Of a stretch of DNA of 64,000 bases, positions 1-12,403 are shown piece by piece; the stretch's first letter is position 1; each line of letters begins with the position of its first letter. Under the pieces are notes generated by a model, which saw only the letters and a list, made by a program, of their open reading frames with translations, ran no database searches and was not told the origin of the DNA. Origin of the DNA: Bigelowiella natans CCMP2755 (Eukaryota > Protista > Cercozoa); assembly GCA_000320545.1 (NCBI GenBank), contig ADNK01002106.1:45169-109168 (forward strand), read 5' to 3'. The translations under genes were made by a program, and so were the position numbers.

Positions 1-3000
1 CATGTACGACTCTGAGACGATAAAGGTAGGATCCGTATGAGTAAGAAGTAAAATAGTAATCTCTGTAATAATCGAGACGTGGGAAGCACGTGCCTACTTG
101 CTGTGTGACACTGATGTGACGACTGGGCCCTCATTACATTAGAACTTCTCAAGTTCGGGATTCTCAGCTTCTGCTCTGATCGATGGCATCAATAACTTCA
201 CTTGGAAAAGAGGAGTGACAAATTGCTCTAGTCTGCAGTTTCTCATCATTGTCCACGTGGTCTACGTCTTCTGTCTGTTCGGTGTGCAGCAATATGCGGT
301 ATGTTTGAGTGCAAATTACCCCGGCGTGTTTGAAGAGTGCCCTCTCTAACTTTCGCTGAAATTATTCATCTGCGTCACATGTATCAGGCTTCACGTAAGA
401 GCATTCCAGGCTGGCTCCCAGCTATGCGTCAGGCTCACAACTGCTTCCTTGCGCTTCTTTCTGGCCTCATGCTTACTGGACTTATCGTCGGAGGACTAAT
501 GGACTCACGTTTCGACTCCTTCTACACGTAAGTCGAATACATAATTCCCCATATTTATCATTACAGTGATCTCACAATCTCTGGGAATATAAAGGAGGGC
601 CGTCAAAAATTAGTTTTTTAACTTTATTCTCGTGCGTGTGCCGCGCGCCTCTCTCTTTCTCTCCTACTAGGTTTGCGTGCCGTCGACCAAGCGAAAACCA
701 ACCTGGCCTTACTGTATGGACTATGTACATCTTTTACTTGTCAAAGATGCTGGAGTTCATTGACACCTTCTTCCTCATCCTCTCGAAGAAAAAAGTGATC
801 TTGCTTCACAAAGTCCACCACCTCACCACGATGTCTCTTGTCTGGCATTCTCTTGAGGCCGGAATCAACAGTGAAATCCTTTCCGGAGGTCTCAACTGCT
901 TCGTCCACACTCTCATGTACGCTTACTTTGCTTTCCCCAAGGGCAACGCATGGCTCCGGCAGTACATGACTTCCACGCAGATTATTCAGTTCGTGCTGTG
1001 TCTCATTGCGTTCGTTTACGCTGTACACTCCCGTCTCGTGGCAAAGACGCCATGTTATGGAACGCTTCTTTCTGAGTTGCATGGAATCGCTATGTACGGG
1101 GTGTATCTGGCCATGTTCACTGCTTTCTTCATCTCCAACTACTGCAAGTCGAAGAAGCCATCATCCGCTTCGAAGCCCAGCGACGCTGCTGCTGCTGCTG
1201 AGGCCGACAGAACAGCCGCAAAGGAGGCGCCTAAAGACATGTACTCGATGGCCGCCAAGAGCTTTATCTGGGCGTGCTACTTCGCTGTGGTATCAATGGG
1301 CTGTGCGTGGCTGATGCAGGACTCCCGCACCATGAAGGCCCTCTCGAAGTCGGAGATCTCCCTCGAGTCGGTTGTCCAGGCTGCGGTGGACGACGTCGAA
1401 GGCTTCCAGTGGGTTTCCGGTCAAACTCGGGGCGGCAGCTGGCAGTTCCTCGCCGGTGTGCACGTGGTCTACGCTGTGGTCCTGAGCACCCTCACTTACA
1501 TCATGAAGGGGATTGAGAAGCGCATCTCGTGGGCGAAGCCTCTCAGCAAGGCGCACAACCTCTTCATGGCGTCCCTCTCCGCCTTCATGCTCACTATGCT
1601 TGTTTATGGGGCCGTCCGCGATGGTCGATTCGCTAGCTGGAATGCATTCGTCTGCGAGCGCCCGGGGCACTCCGGCCTGATCCAATGGGCGATGTACGTG
1701 TTCTACCTCTCCAAGATGCTCGAGTTCATCGACACGTTCCTGCTGGTTATGTCCAAGAAGAAGGTAATCCTCCTCCACAAGGTCCACCACCTGACGACGA
1801 TGTCGCTCGTCTGGCACTCGCTGGAGACTGACCTTGCGACTGAGATCCTCTGCGGGGGGCTCAACTGCTTCGTCCACACCCTCATGTACGCCTACTTCGC
1901 CTTCCCCAAGGGCAACGCATGGCTTCGCAAGTACATGACCTCCACGCAGCTCCTCCAATTCGTGTTCTGCTTGATCGGGCTTGGATACTGCGCATACAAG
2001 CGCATGACGCTCGGCACCTCTTCTTGCAACGGAACCGTTGGCGCTGACGCCCACGGCATCATCATGTACGGGGTCTACCTGGGCATGTTCGCCATGTTTT
2101 TCTACGATCAATACCTCAAGAAGTCATCGAAGAAGAACCAAAAGGGCAACAAGTCTGCTGCTGCTACCGCTGCTGGTGGTGAAAAGAAGCAGCGCGACGC
2201 CGAGAAGCACGAGGTCATCCTGTACGGCAAGCGCGTGGACGTCACCAGTTTCATCAAGAAGCACCCAGGAGGGTCCAAGGTACTCCGCATCTTCCGAAAC
2301 CGCGACGCGACCGAACAGTTTGAGTCCTACCACTCCGACCGCGCGCACAAGTGGCTGAAGGCGCTCCCCAAGCGTGACGCCGAGAAGGACGACTACCTCT
2401 CGTCGCAAACCGAGATCGCCAAGGACTTCAAGAAGATGATCGAGAACTTCAAGAAGATGGGCTACTACAAGGCGGATCTGCTAGAGGAGATCATGAAAGT
2501 CTCCTTAGTATTCGGTCCTTACATCGCGGGGCACTACCTCCTGTGGAACGGTCAGCCTCTCGTCGCTGTGCTTCTCATGGGGTTCGGTCTTTACTACGCA
2601 GGCTGGGTGTCGCACGACTACCTCCATCATGCCGTCATCCGCGGCGGTAAGAACAGGGACGAAACCACCGCCGCCGTGGTACCTTTGAACAATGCCATGG
2701 GCTACGTGATTGGCTTCATGCAGGGGTATGAGGTCGACTGGTGGAGGGCTCGCCACAACACGCACCACGTCGTCACCAACGAGTTCGGAAACGACCCCGA
2801 CATCAAGACCGCGCCGCTGCTCACGTACGTCCGCAACTCACCCGCCATCGCCAAGGGCCTCAACTGGTTCCAGCGCTGGCAGCAGTACTACTACCTCCCT
2901 GTGATGGCCATTCTCGACCTGTACTGGAGGCTCGAGTCGATCGCCTACATTGCAATGAGGCTGCCGCGCTACTGGAAACAGGCACTGGTCATGGCCGCTC

Positions 3001-3395
3001 ACATGGCGTGGACGGCGTACGCGTTCCAAGGCCAATGGAAGTACTTCCTCATCATGACGCTCTACCGCGGCTTCATGACCGGCACCATCGTTTTCTCCAC
3101 TCACTACGGCGAAGACATTCTAGACGGAGACCATAAGCTGACGCTCGTGGAGCAGACTGCTCTCACATCCCGAAACATCGCCGGCGGTTACGTCGCCAAC
3201 CTGCTCACTGGTTTCCTCTCCCTTCAGACCGAACACCACCTCTTCCCTATGATGCCGACTGCCAACCTCGCAAAGGCGCGCCCTCACGTCCAGGCGTTCT
3301 TCAAGAAGCACAAGCTCGAGTACCGTGAGAGCAACATCATCGAATGCATCAGGTACAACATCAGGGCGCTCAGCTACCAGCACCTGCTCGAATAG
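1..3395 (+). CDS. Fusion protein: elongase (ELO) - elongase (ELO) - cytochrome b5 - front-end fatty-acid desaturase (Delta8-like); probably 5'-partial
   Basis: Exons <1..25, 143..298, 388..527 and 671..3395 join in frame through three GT-AG introns (phases 0,0,2), giving 1014 aa from the Met at 2. Two full sets of ELO motifs: SKMLEFIDTF, LHKVHH (807-821 and 1776-1790), NCFVHTLMYAY, TSTQxxQF. Then HPGG (2262-2273) and desaturase His boxes HDYLHH (2613-2630), HNTHH (2754-2768) and QTEHH (3225-3239). Confidence 0.93.
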
Positions 3396-4364
3396 ATTGG
3401 AGAGGCTCAAGGGAGGCGGCTTATATCGACATTGCGCTAGTGCAATCGGAAGGGTTTCTATTTCGCTTATGTCAGATCTGTACTCACCCAGATAAGGAAA
3501 ATAATGATATACTCCATGTCAGTGATAGAGTAGGGCAGACAACAGGTTTCTGTGAAAAGCCTCTCTTTTTGGAAATATATGCGAACTGAAACCGGTTCAT
3601 TAGTACAAGGCCTCAAGATCCCATTATTTTTCTGTTGTATACTTGCGCACGCAAGTACGGCGTGCATGTTTCCCGCAGGGATTTCAAATATTACCTAATT
3701 CGAATCGACTATACCCGCTATCTCTGCATCCGTTTCACAATCGACTGCGTCTTTCTAGCATGCGACAGCACTTCTCTCACGCGCTACGTACGCTCATCAT
3801 AATAGGCAGAGCGCTTGGCGGTACATGTCACTGCTGCATGATAGACATGCAATACACACTATATACTGCGCGGCCACCGCGCGATATCGGAAGATATACA
3901 GCGCATGTGGATGCTTTTGCATGGATGAGACACATAGTAGCAGATGAATTCAATAGACACAACATGACATGACAAGTGCTGTGGCCACTGCTAGACATGT
4001 ACAGCTCTAGTGCTTAACAAATGAGACAACTACATCAGGATGAATATTGAAAAGTTTGATCACATCATCATCATCACATTCGTCTCATGCATGTCTAGAT
4101 GTCTAGACACGTGTGACGTGTGCAATGTGTGACACGTACATGCACAATCGAAAGTGACAATGACATGATTCGCGCTGCTGCCATTGCGATGCATGCTGAA
4201 TGATGAAGCTTTATTGGTTTGATTTGGCTAGTTGGGCACAAAAAGCAATGTATTCTCTGCGCGTCGCTAGGCGGTCGCTTATCACGTACGATGTCCTTCT
4301 TACGAGACGATAAACGATTTATTGAACAATCGTGGGGCGCCGGCAGCAAGCCGAAGCTAGCTCG

Positions 4365-5059
4365 CTAGACTTGACTGCGAGCGCTGGGGTCAAAACTGTA
4401 CCTCTTGAACTCATCATTGAACAAGACCAGAACAGGCTTCTCTGTTTCAGTCAGGTGGTTTTTTAGAAGGCACTGTATTGCGAAAAAAGCTGATGCCGAC
4501 TCCTCTTTAGCATTATTCCTCCACAGCAGCAACGGAACGCCGAACAACGACCCAACGAACAAGATCTATGTCGCGCAGCGCACAGCAACGAATTAGAATA
4601 TGGAAGAAAATTGACATATTGCATGGAGGAACGCCTATGTATCTAACTCTCTCACACAAGAAGAGCTACTTCTGCCACCTCCACCACGACTAGCACTACT
4701 ACTACTACTAATAATAATAATAATAATAATACCACAAATGCCCAGTTGCCATATATGAGCAGATCAAGGTATCCAGACAAATCCTTTTTAAAATTTGAGA
4801 TATGCAGATAGAGCATACTTAGACAGCAGGTAATCATCGTCTGTATTCAAAAGCCCAAAATTGGTGGTGTGTAGTATTGTTAGTATTGATCCTACTTTGC
4901 ATTGGCCAGCATTAGACTGTGATGATGCTGCCTCAATAGACACAGCCACCTACGAAGGCGTAGTAAGGGTGAGGGGAAGGGGGGAGGGGAGCCAGACAGG
5001 AAATTCGGAAGGCTCAGGGGATGGAACAGGACAATACACGTACACACACACACACACAC

Positions 5060-5101
<42 letters not shown>

Positions 5102-5217
5102 TTATTATTACGAATTGAAATTATATCATGTTTCTACTGATTGAAGTAAGTCAATCGAAGTGGGAATTTTCAATATGTTATCATTGCAGTCAGGGAGCCA
5201 CTCGCCAGGAGGCTACT

Positions 5218-5256
<39 letters not shown>

Positions 5257-5649
5257 AAACTGTCGTTACCAACGCCGAGAAGTAGATAGATCCAAATACA
5301 GCAATCAAGCGTCTATTAAAACATATGAAAGAAGGAGGAGATGGAGGAGGCAGTGAAGGAGAGCAATGAGCACATGTACGAGAATCAAAGCCCCAAGACA
5401 GAACATCCGCACGAAAGCGAGATTCGATATCGCTTGTTGATGGTTGGCAGCCCGTAGGTGTAGAGCAGCATCGTACGCAACGAGTGGCGAGTCGTGTGTA
5501 AGTTGCAGATTCAGCAAATGGACTTTACATCGATTATTGTTTCTCCTTGTGGCTTTCCGGAGAGGGAAAATACGATCAAGACGGCCCATACAGCTAATGC
5601 ACGGGTATTTCTCGGTATTCATGTGCATGCGTGCATGTGTGCATGTGTG

Positions 5650-5686
<37 letters not shown>

Positions 5687-7758
5687 ATGTATATTTACTT
5701 GGTGATTGTAGGTGGAGTTGGGCTGGCTGGAGCTGCTAATTTCTCCCTAGAGAAGGAAGGAGGCAGGTTAAAAAAAGAAGAAAAGGAACCATAGCATTCA
5801 GATACACATTACGAAAGTGAAGAAGCGATAAATAATTTATAATCTTTTCATCATCATCATCCTCATCATCATCGCATTTTGGTGATTTCTTTTACGATGT
5901 AAGCGGTTGTTGGCGGCAGAGCTGGTCAAGCTTTACGATCGACACGCCACCCTATAGGAGGGAAGAAGTGGCAAGGGAAATAGAAGATGACGTGTAGGCG
6001 ACGAAGTGAACATAGATAGTCTTGCTTCAATGAGAGCGAGGGACGGATTGTGTAAGGATAAAACAGGTTTCGTCGGTTTTTCCCCGTAAATAACCAGAAA
6101 ATTGTTCCCCCCCCTTTTGTGGTGTGTGTTTTTTTTTTTTCCCCCCCCCCCCCCCCCCCCCCCCCGCCTCCCTCGCACGCATTGCAATAATGATGGCATA
6201 CCATTGCAACTTGCGTCATCCCAAGGAGGAGAGTCACCGTGCGGACTCCGACGGAGCATCTATTCATCGCCAACTGATGGGGAAAATTTTTGGTTTGATG
6301 GTGATGAGAGTGATGATGAAGATGATGATAGCAACATATAATAAAAACACAACATAAGCGAAGACAGCATCATAACGTTCATACGTACCTCCTCGTGCAG
6401 CACGAGAACAGCGGCCCCAACGACGATGAAAAATATCGCTAACAAACGTGCAGTGGCATTTGTGTTATTGACGAAGAGAGCAATAGCAGTAGGCAGGGAA
6501 GTTAGGACGAGACAGGTAGAAGAACGAGGTCAAATCACTTAAGATGTATACAACAGTCAGCATGGGTGTGCATTGGAACTTATGGTTTCTTTCACACAGA
6601 AAGAGAGAACTTTGATTTATCTTCACACTGAAACCGACCGCACAGTCGGGTCGAAGGATAGAAAGCGCCGGTTCACATTACGCAATAGTCTTTTTCATCA
6701 CCATCATCATCATCATCATCATCATCGTCGTCGTCGTCGTCGTCGTCCTCATCATCTCTTCTATACCGCAGATGCTTGTGAGTGCGAACTCCACTTCCGG
6801 GAACAATATGATCTGAAAGTCCCCATTTTAACGAAACAGATTAGCAGTGTCAGTCAAATTTAGCAGTGTAGCACGATGATGGACTAGTTTGTAATATACT
6901 ATGCTTTCTTATACTTATAATCGTCCTTCGCGATTCCCTCCCCCCCTCTCTCTTGCATTGTCTCCCCTCCCCTTCGTCTTCATTCTTCATCGTCTTATTT
7001 TCCTCCCAACTGACATCTTCGCCAATGATGAGCCTGTCCGTTGTCCACTCCAAAGTGGCAGTTTTTCCACGGTCTATGGTACGTGCACACGTGCAATTAT
7101 TAGCTATTGTAGTATTTGCAAGGGCAGCAGCGGCAGTGGTAGTAGTAATAGTAGTATTAGTATTAGTATTAGTGGTAGTAGAGTAGTAGTTGTAGTCATC
7201 GTCCTCGATCCTCGCAAAATACTTCTGATGAACAATAGTGTGTGTGTGTGTGTATGTGTGTGTCTGTATGTGTGTGTGTGTGTGTGTATGTGTGTGTGTG
7301 TGTGTTGTGGCAACAAAATCATCGTACTTATGTATTTCCTGCCCCTCTGCAGAAGTGATTTTTCTTCCGATTCCCAAATTTCCTCGGCATTTTCACAGAA
7401 CGGCTCCTTGTCCCGCCCACCACCATAGTTCCTTCTTGGCTTCTGCTTCGCAATGTCAGTCTCCACGCCCAGGTGGCTGTCCAACGACCCCCATCCAGGT
7501 GTATCGTCTTCAATATTTTCCTTAGTTTTTCCGTCCGCCTCCCGTATTCGCTTTATATAGCTCAAATCTAAGGAGGCACAGCATCAACAGTCCAGTACTT
7601 AATTGGGATGCTTCTTTCGAGATGGGCAGTGTTGTACGGACGTCGTGGAATTGAACGTAAAGATAAACACATATTTTCAATCAATTTACACCTTTAACTT
7701 TACTTTGACGCCGCTCCTCGTTTTTCCTATTCCATGCATCCTTTGCATCTGCTCCATC

Positions 7759-7797
<39 letters not shown>

Positions 7798-8120
7798 CAT
7801 ACATTTACAATTAATATTGTCATGTAACCGCTCGCACACGCTCACACACAAATATATATTTTATATTATATTGTGTGCTGTCATTCCACAGGAATGTGTA
7901 TGAGAGATTACATATGATAGTATCATGTTGTTACCATTTTTTAACTTCGTCCGGGCCGAACAAGAAGAACTTACACGCGGCAAGCCAAACATTATGCCAA
8001 AGCCGTCTGCAATCTCTCCCAACTAATTTTTTTAGTCTGGATTCCCTACTCTTTCCTTTCAGCTATGGAGTAAAGATGACGAGATTCTATTCCTTATTCC
8101 AAAGCTGGCAGCGCGAGCTC
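4365..8120 (-). CDS. Multi-exon, multipass membrane protein of unknown function (boundaries approximate)
   Basis: Hydrophobic exon fragments between microsatellite-filled introns (LLAIFFIVVGAAVLVLHE; LAFVRMFCLGALILVHVLIALLHCLLHLLLLSYVLID; MITCCLSMLYLHISNFKKDLSGYLDLLIYGNWAF; FVGSLFGVPLLLW...stop at 4365), plus a hydrophilic exon at about 7330-7560. No family motif recognised. Confidence 0.45.
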
Positions 8121-8653
8121 ATTGATTTAATTCCAGGCTCGTCGGGATATATCGAGAGATGAGTAAATGAAAGGTCAAATGCGCTCCACAGCCGAAGCGT
8201 CGCTCTGTTTTCTCCTTCCTCCTCCTCTTCTCTCTCCGTCTCCGTCTCTCTTGCTGCTTGCTGTGCCTTCAAGAGAAGTTCAAACGGCAGTTCAAACAGT
8301 CATCGAGCGTGCCGCGAAAATCAAAATATAAAAATTTCCTCTTTTTCCCAATAATTTCGCGCGGCAGTCCGGGCGCCGGTTGGAATGGGGCTGTTGGCGC
8401 ACTGCGCCTTGACGAAAACCAGAAACAGTGGCTCGAAAGGGATCCGACGACAAAGCGAAGACAGAACTTCCCAAACTCCGATGTAAGAAGTTTGGACTTC
8501 GTTATTATCTTACGAGAAACCGCCTTTTGTCACTGCCTTGCGACATGCCCTGCTGTTGTCTCGCATGGAAAACGCGTCCAAAGCCGCACAGGGCTCAGAA
8601 ATCAGCGCTGCCTTCCCCCTCCCTTTTTCCAAAGGCTGGTAGCACGTTCACTG

Positions 8654-11600
8654 ATGTCGTACAGAAAGGGCGGGAGACTAGACGAGGATGATGGGAGTGG
8701 AGAAAAAGGGCTCATAGAAAGAGGCGGCGGTGGCCAGCGTGTGAAGGGGAGGTCGCAGTTGGGTTTGGATGTGCTCGCAAGCAACAAGCGCGAGGAAAGT
8801 AAGTTGTTCTTATCATCTCTTCCATTTGGTATTTTTCCTACAATGAACGTGTTTAAACTAATTTATCCATCATAAATATGAATAAAACAAGGGAAAAATG
8901 CACAGAGGAAGCGGCGGCCGAGGAAGGATGAAGATGCTGTCAGGGACGAATTCGGGCGAACGAAATCTCTTGCAGGATCAGATCATAGTGGGGAGGATGA
9001 TGATGACTACCATTTCGCAAAGCCAAAGGTATAATAAGAATCTAATTCTGAGAAACAAACTCACCCAATGATCGTTTCATAACTATAGCACAAGCGCAGA
9101 CGGGAAGAAGGAGGCAGCTACTCAAGAAGCAGAAGTAGCAGCAAGGGGGGTGACTCAGATCGCAGACGTGATAATAGCAGACGGCGCACTGACCGATATG
9201 ATAGAGACCGAGACGATGATTACAGGGGAAGGTCGCGCAGCAGTAGCAGGAGCTCGAGCAGGAGCTCGAGCAGGAGTCGCGACAAAGGTTCCAACCGCCG
9301 CGTCTCCTCTTGGGATGATGATTCAGATGAGGAGGACGAGGATGGGCGTGGCCGATCGCGATCTCGATACTCAGACGACATCACCCCTCGAAGAGATCGC
9401 TCGCGCTCTAAGACTCCATTGCTTCAAGGTAGATTCGCGTCACGGACGCCACGGAGAGGTGCCGCAGGTGATACTCCCAGGAGAGAATCGAGTGGGGGGC
9501 AAGCTACACCTCTCCGCCGTGATGAGCCTGGCACCCCGCAGAGGTATGGCGGCAAGAATAAACTAGATTCATACAAGGGTAATGATGCTAGTGGCAACGG
9601 CGCGGTGAAGTTGTCGAACAAGGAGAAAAAGCAGTGGGAAAGGAGTGAAAAGTCGGTGGAGCAAGAATGGTACGCTATGGATGAGGGCGGCTACAACGAG
9701 GGGCAAAAGGCCTTCCTCGGCGACCCCGACAAAATGAAGAAGAAAGAAGAAGAGCTTGTCAAGAGCCAGGTGCAACGATTGACCGCAAGGCAGAGGATGC
9801 GCAACGAGGACCAGGATCGTTGGGAGGACTCCCGGCTGCTTGCGAGTGGCGCCGTCACACAGGCCAACGTGCAGACCGAGTTTGAAGACGAGACTGAGAA
9901 TAAGGTGCATCTCATCGTGCACAACCTCAAGCCACCGTTCCTCACCAAGGGCTTCAAGTTCACCACGCAGCAGAAGATGGTCTCGGTGGTCAAGGATGCG
10001 ACCAACGACTTCGCCCAGTGCGCGCGCAAGGGCAGTGCGCTGCTGAGGGAGGTGCGCGAGCAGAACGAGCGATCCAAGATGCGACAGCGGTTTTGGGAAC
10101 TTGCGGGAAGTCGGCTAGGTGATGCGCTTGGGGTGGAGAAGGAGAAGAAGGAAGAGGAGAAGGATACTGATGCCTCCAACATGGACGAGGAGGGTAACGT
10201 CGACTATAAGAATGCGTCGCAATTCGCGGACCACATGAAAGGCAAGAACAATGCTGCCTCCGCGTTTGCCAAAACTAAGACGATTACTCAACAGAGGGAG
10301 TTCCTGCCTATCTTCACCAAGCGAGATGAGCTGCTGCAGATCGTGAGAGACCATCAAATCGTCGTGGTCGTTGGGCAGACGGGATCCGGGAAAACAACGC
10401 AAATGACCCAATATATGCTGGAGGACGGGTATGGGGAAACAGGGATGATCGGCTGCACGCAGCCCAGGCGTGTGGCCGCCATGTCTGTGGCGAAGCGAGT
10501 GAGCGAAGAGCAGAGTTGTGAGCTAGGAGACCGGGTCGGGTACTCGATCCGGTTTGAGGATGTGACTGGCCCCAACACCAAGATAAAGTACATGACCGAT
10601 GGCATGCTTCTGCGCGAGTCGATAAACGATCCGGACATCGAGAAGTACTCCGTGATTATCATGGACGAAGCGCACGAGCGCTCGTTGAACACGGACGTGC
10701 TGTTCGGCATCCTCCGCAAGGTTTGCGCCCGTCGCAACAACCTAAAGCTCATTGTGACCAGCGCGACCATGGACTCCAAGAAGTTCTCCAACTTTTTCGC
10801 GGGCGCCCCTGTCTTCGAGATCCCCGGGCGCACATTCAAGGTCGACATGCAGTTCTCCAAGGGGGTGGTGGAGGACTACTTGGACGCTGCCGTGAAGCAG
10901 ATCCTTTCGATCCATCTTGGGGGAATACAGGGCGACATCCTGGTGTTCATGACTGGGCAGGAGGACATCGAGGCCACCTGCTGCGTGCTGGCCGACCGCA
11001 TCGACCAGCTCGACGAAGGAGTCGCCCCGTTGGCCATTCTGCCCCTCTACTCCCAGCTGCCCTCGGAGCTCCAAGCTAAGATCTTCCAAGCCGCTCCGGA
11101 GGGAACCCGCAAGTGCATCGTGTCGACCAACATCGCGGAGACGTCCCTCACAGTGGACGGCATCCGTTTCGTGATAGATTCGGGCTACTGCAAGCTCAAG
11201 GTCTTTAACCCGCGCATTGGGATGGACTCGCTCAAGGTCACGCCGGTCAGCCAAGCCAATGCGCGCCAGAGGGCCGGAAGGGCAGGGAGGACAACCAACG
11301 GCTACGCGTATCACCTCTACACGGAGCAGCAGTTTCACTACGAGCTGCTCAAGACCACCGTTCCAGAGATCCAGCGCACGAATCTGGGCAACGTGGTGTT
11401 ACTGCTCAAGAGCCTCGGTGTCGACAACTTGCTGGAGTTCGACTTCATGGACCCTCCCCCCCAAGAGAACATCGAGAACTCGATGTACCAGCTCTGGGTG
11501 CTGGGCGCGCTGGACAATACGGCCGCTCTGACGAAGATGGGCCGGAAAATGGTCGAGTTCCCTCTGGACCCGGCGCTCTCAAAGATGCTCATCGTCGCTG

Positions 11601-12403
11601 AGGAGCTCGGATGCAGCTCGGAGATCCTGACCATCGTCTCCATGCTCTCGGTGCCCCGCATCTTCTTCCGCCCCCCGGACCGCGCAGAGGAGTCAGATGC
11701 GGCGAGGGAGAAGTTTCAGGTGCCGGAGAGCGACCACCTCACGCTGCTGCACGTCTTCCAACGATGGAAGGCGGAGCACTACCGGGTGGACTGGTGCCAG
11801 AAGCACTTCATCCACGTCAAGACTCTGCGTAAGGTGCGAGAGATCCGATCCCAGCTGCTCGACATCATGAAGTCGCAGCGTATGGTGGTGACATCGACGG
11901 GCACTGACTGGGACCCCATCCGGAAGGCCATCTGCTCTGCCTACTTCCAGAACTGCGGCCGCCTCAAGGGGATCGGCCAGTATGTCAACATGCGGAACGG
12001 GATGCCCTGCCACCTGCACCCCACGAGCGCGCTCTATGGCCTCGGCCACACGCCCGACTACGTGGTGTACCATGAGCTGGTGATGACGTCCAAGGAGTAC
12101 ATGCGCACGGTCACCTCCATCGATGGCAAGTGGCTCCCCGAGGTCGGACCGATGTTCTTCAGCATCAAGGAATCGTACGCCGAGACGCAGGCGCGCAAAA
12201 GGAAGGCCGAGGAAAACAAGAAGAAGATGGACCAGGAGATGGAGGCCCACCTCGAGGAGAAGAAGAAGAAGAAGGCCGAGATCGCTCAGAAAGAGAAAAC
12301 AGGGCTGCAGAAGCTCAAGCAGCAGGTCTCCGTTGCGGGAGGAAAACTCTCCAGGAAGCAGAAGAAATTTATCTTCAAGAAGAAGAGGAGATTTGGCATG
12401 TGA
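8654..12403 (+). CDS. PRP16: Pre-mRNA splicing DEAH-box RNA helicase PRP16/DHX38
   Basis: Exons 8654..8798, 8892..9028 and 9089..12403 join in frame (1198 aa). N-terminal SQLGLDVLA motif, RS/RD-rich region, PRP16-typical HNLKPPFL and [48 protein letters not shown], followed by HA2/OB-fold-type C-terminus. Confidence 0.96.

Noticed and set aside
741-3410. Long antisense and alternate-frame ORFs over the fusion gene (e.g. 1293-2111) and over PRP16
   Set aside because: Expected shadows of high-GC3 coding sequence; no motifs.
8258-8653. Upstream part of ORF 8258-8875 as PRP16 coding sequence
   Set aside because: It starts at a non-ATG codon; the conserved N-terminal motif follows the ATG at 8654.
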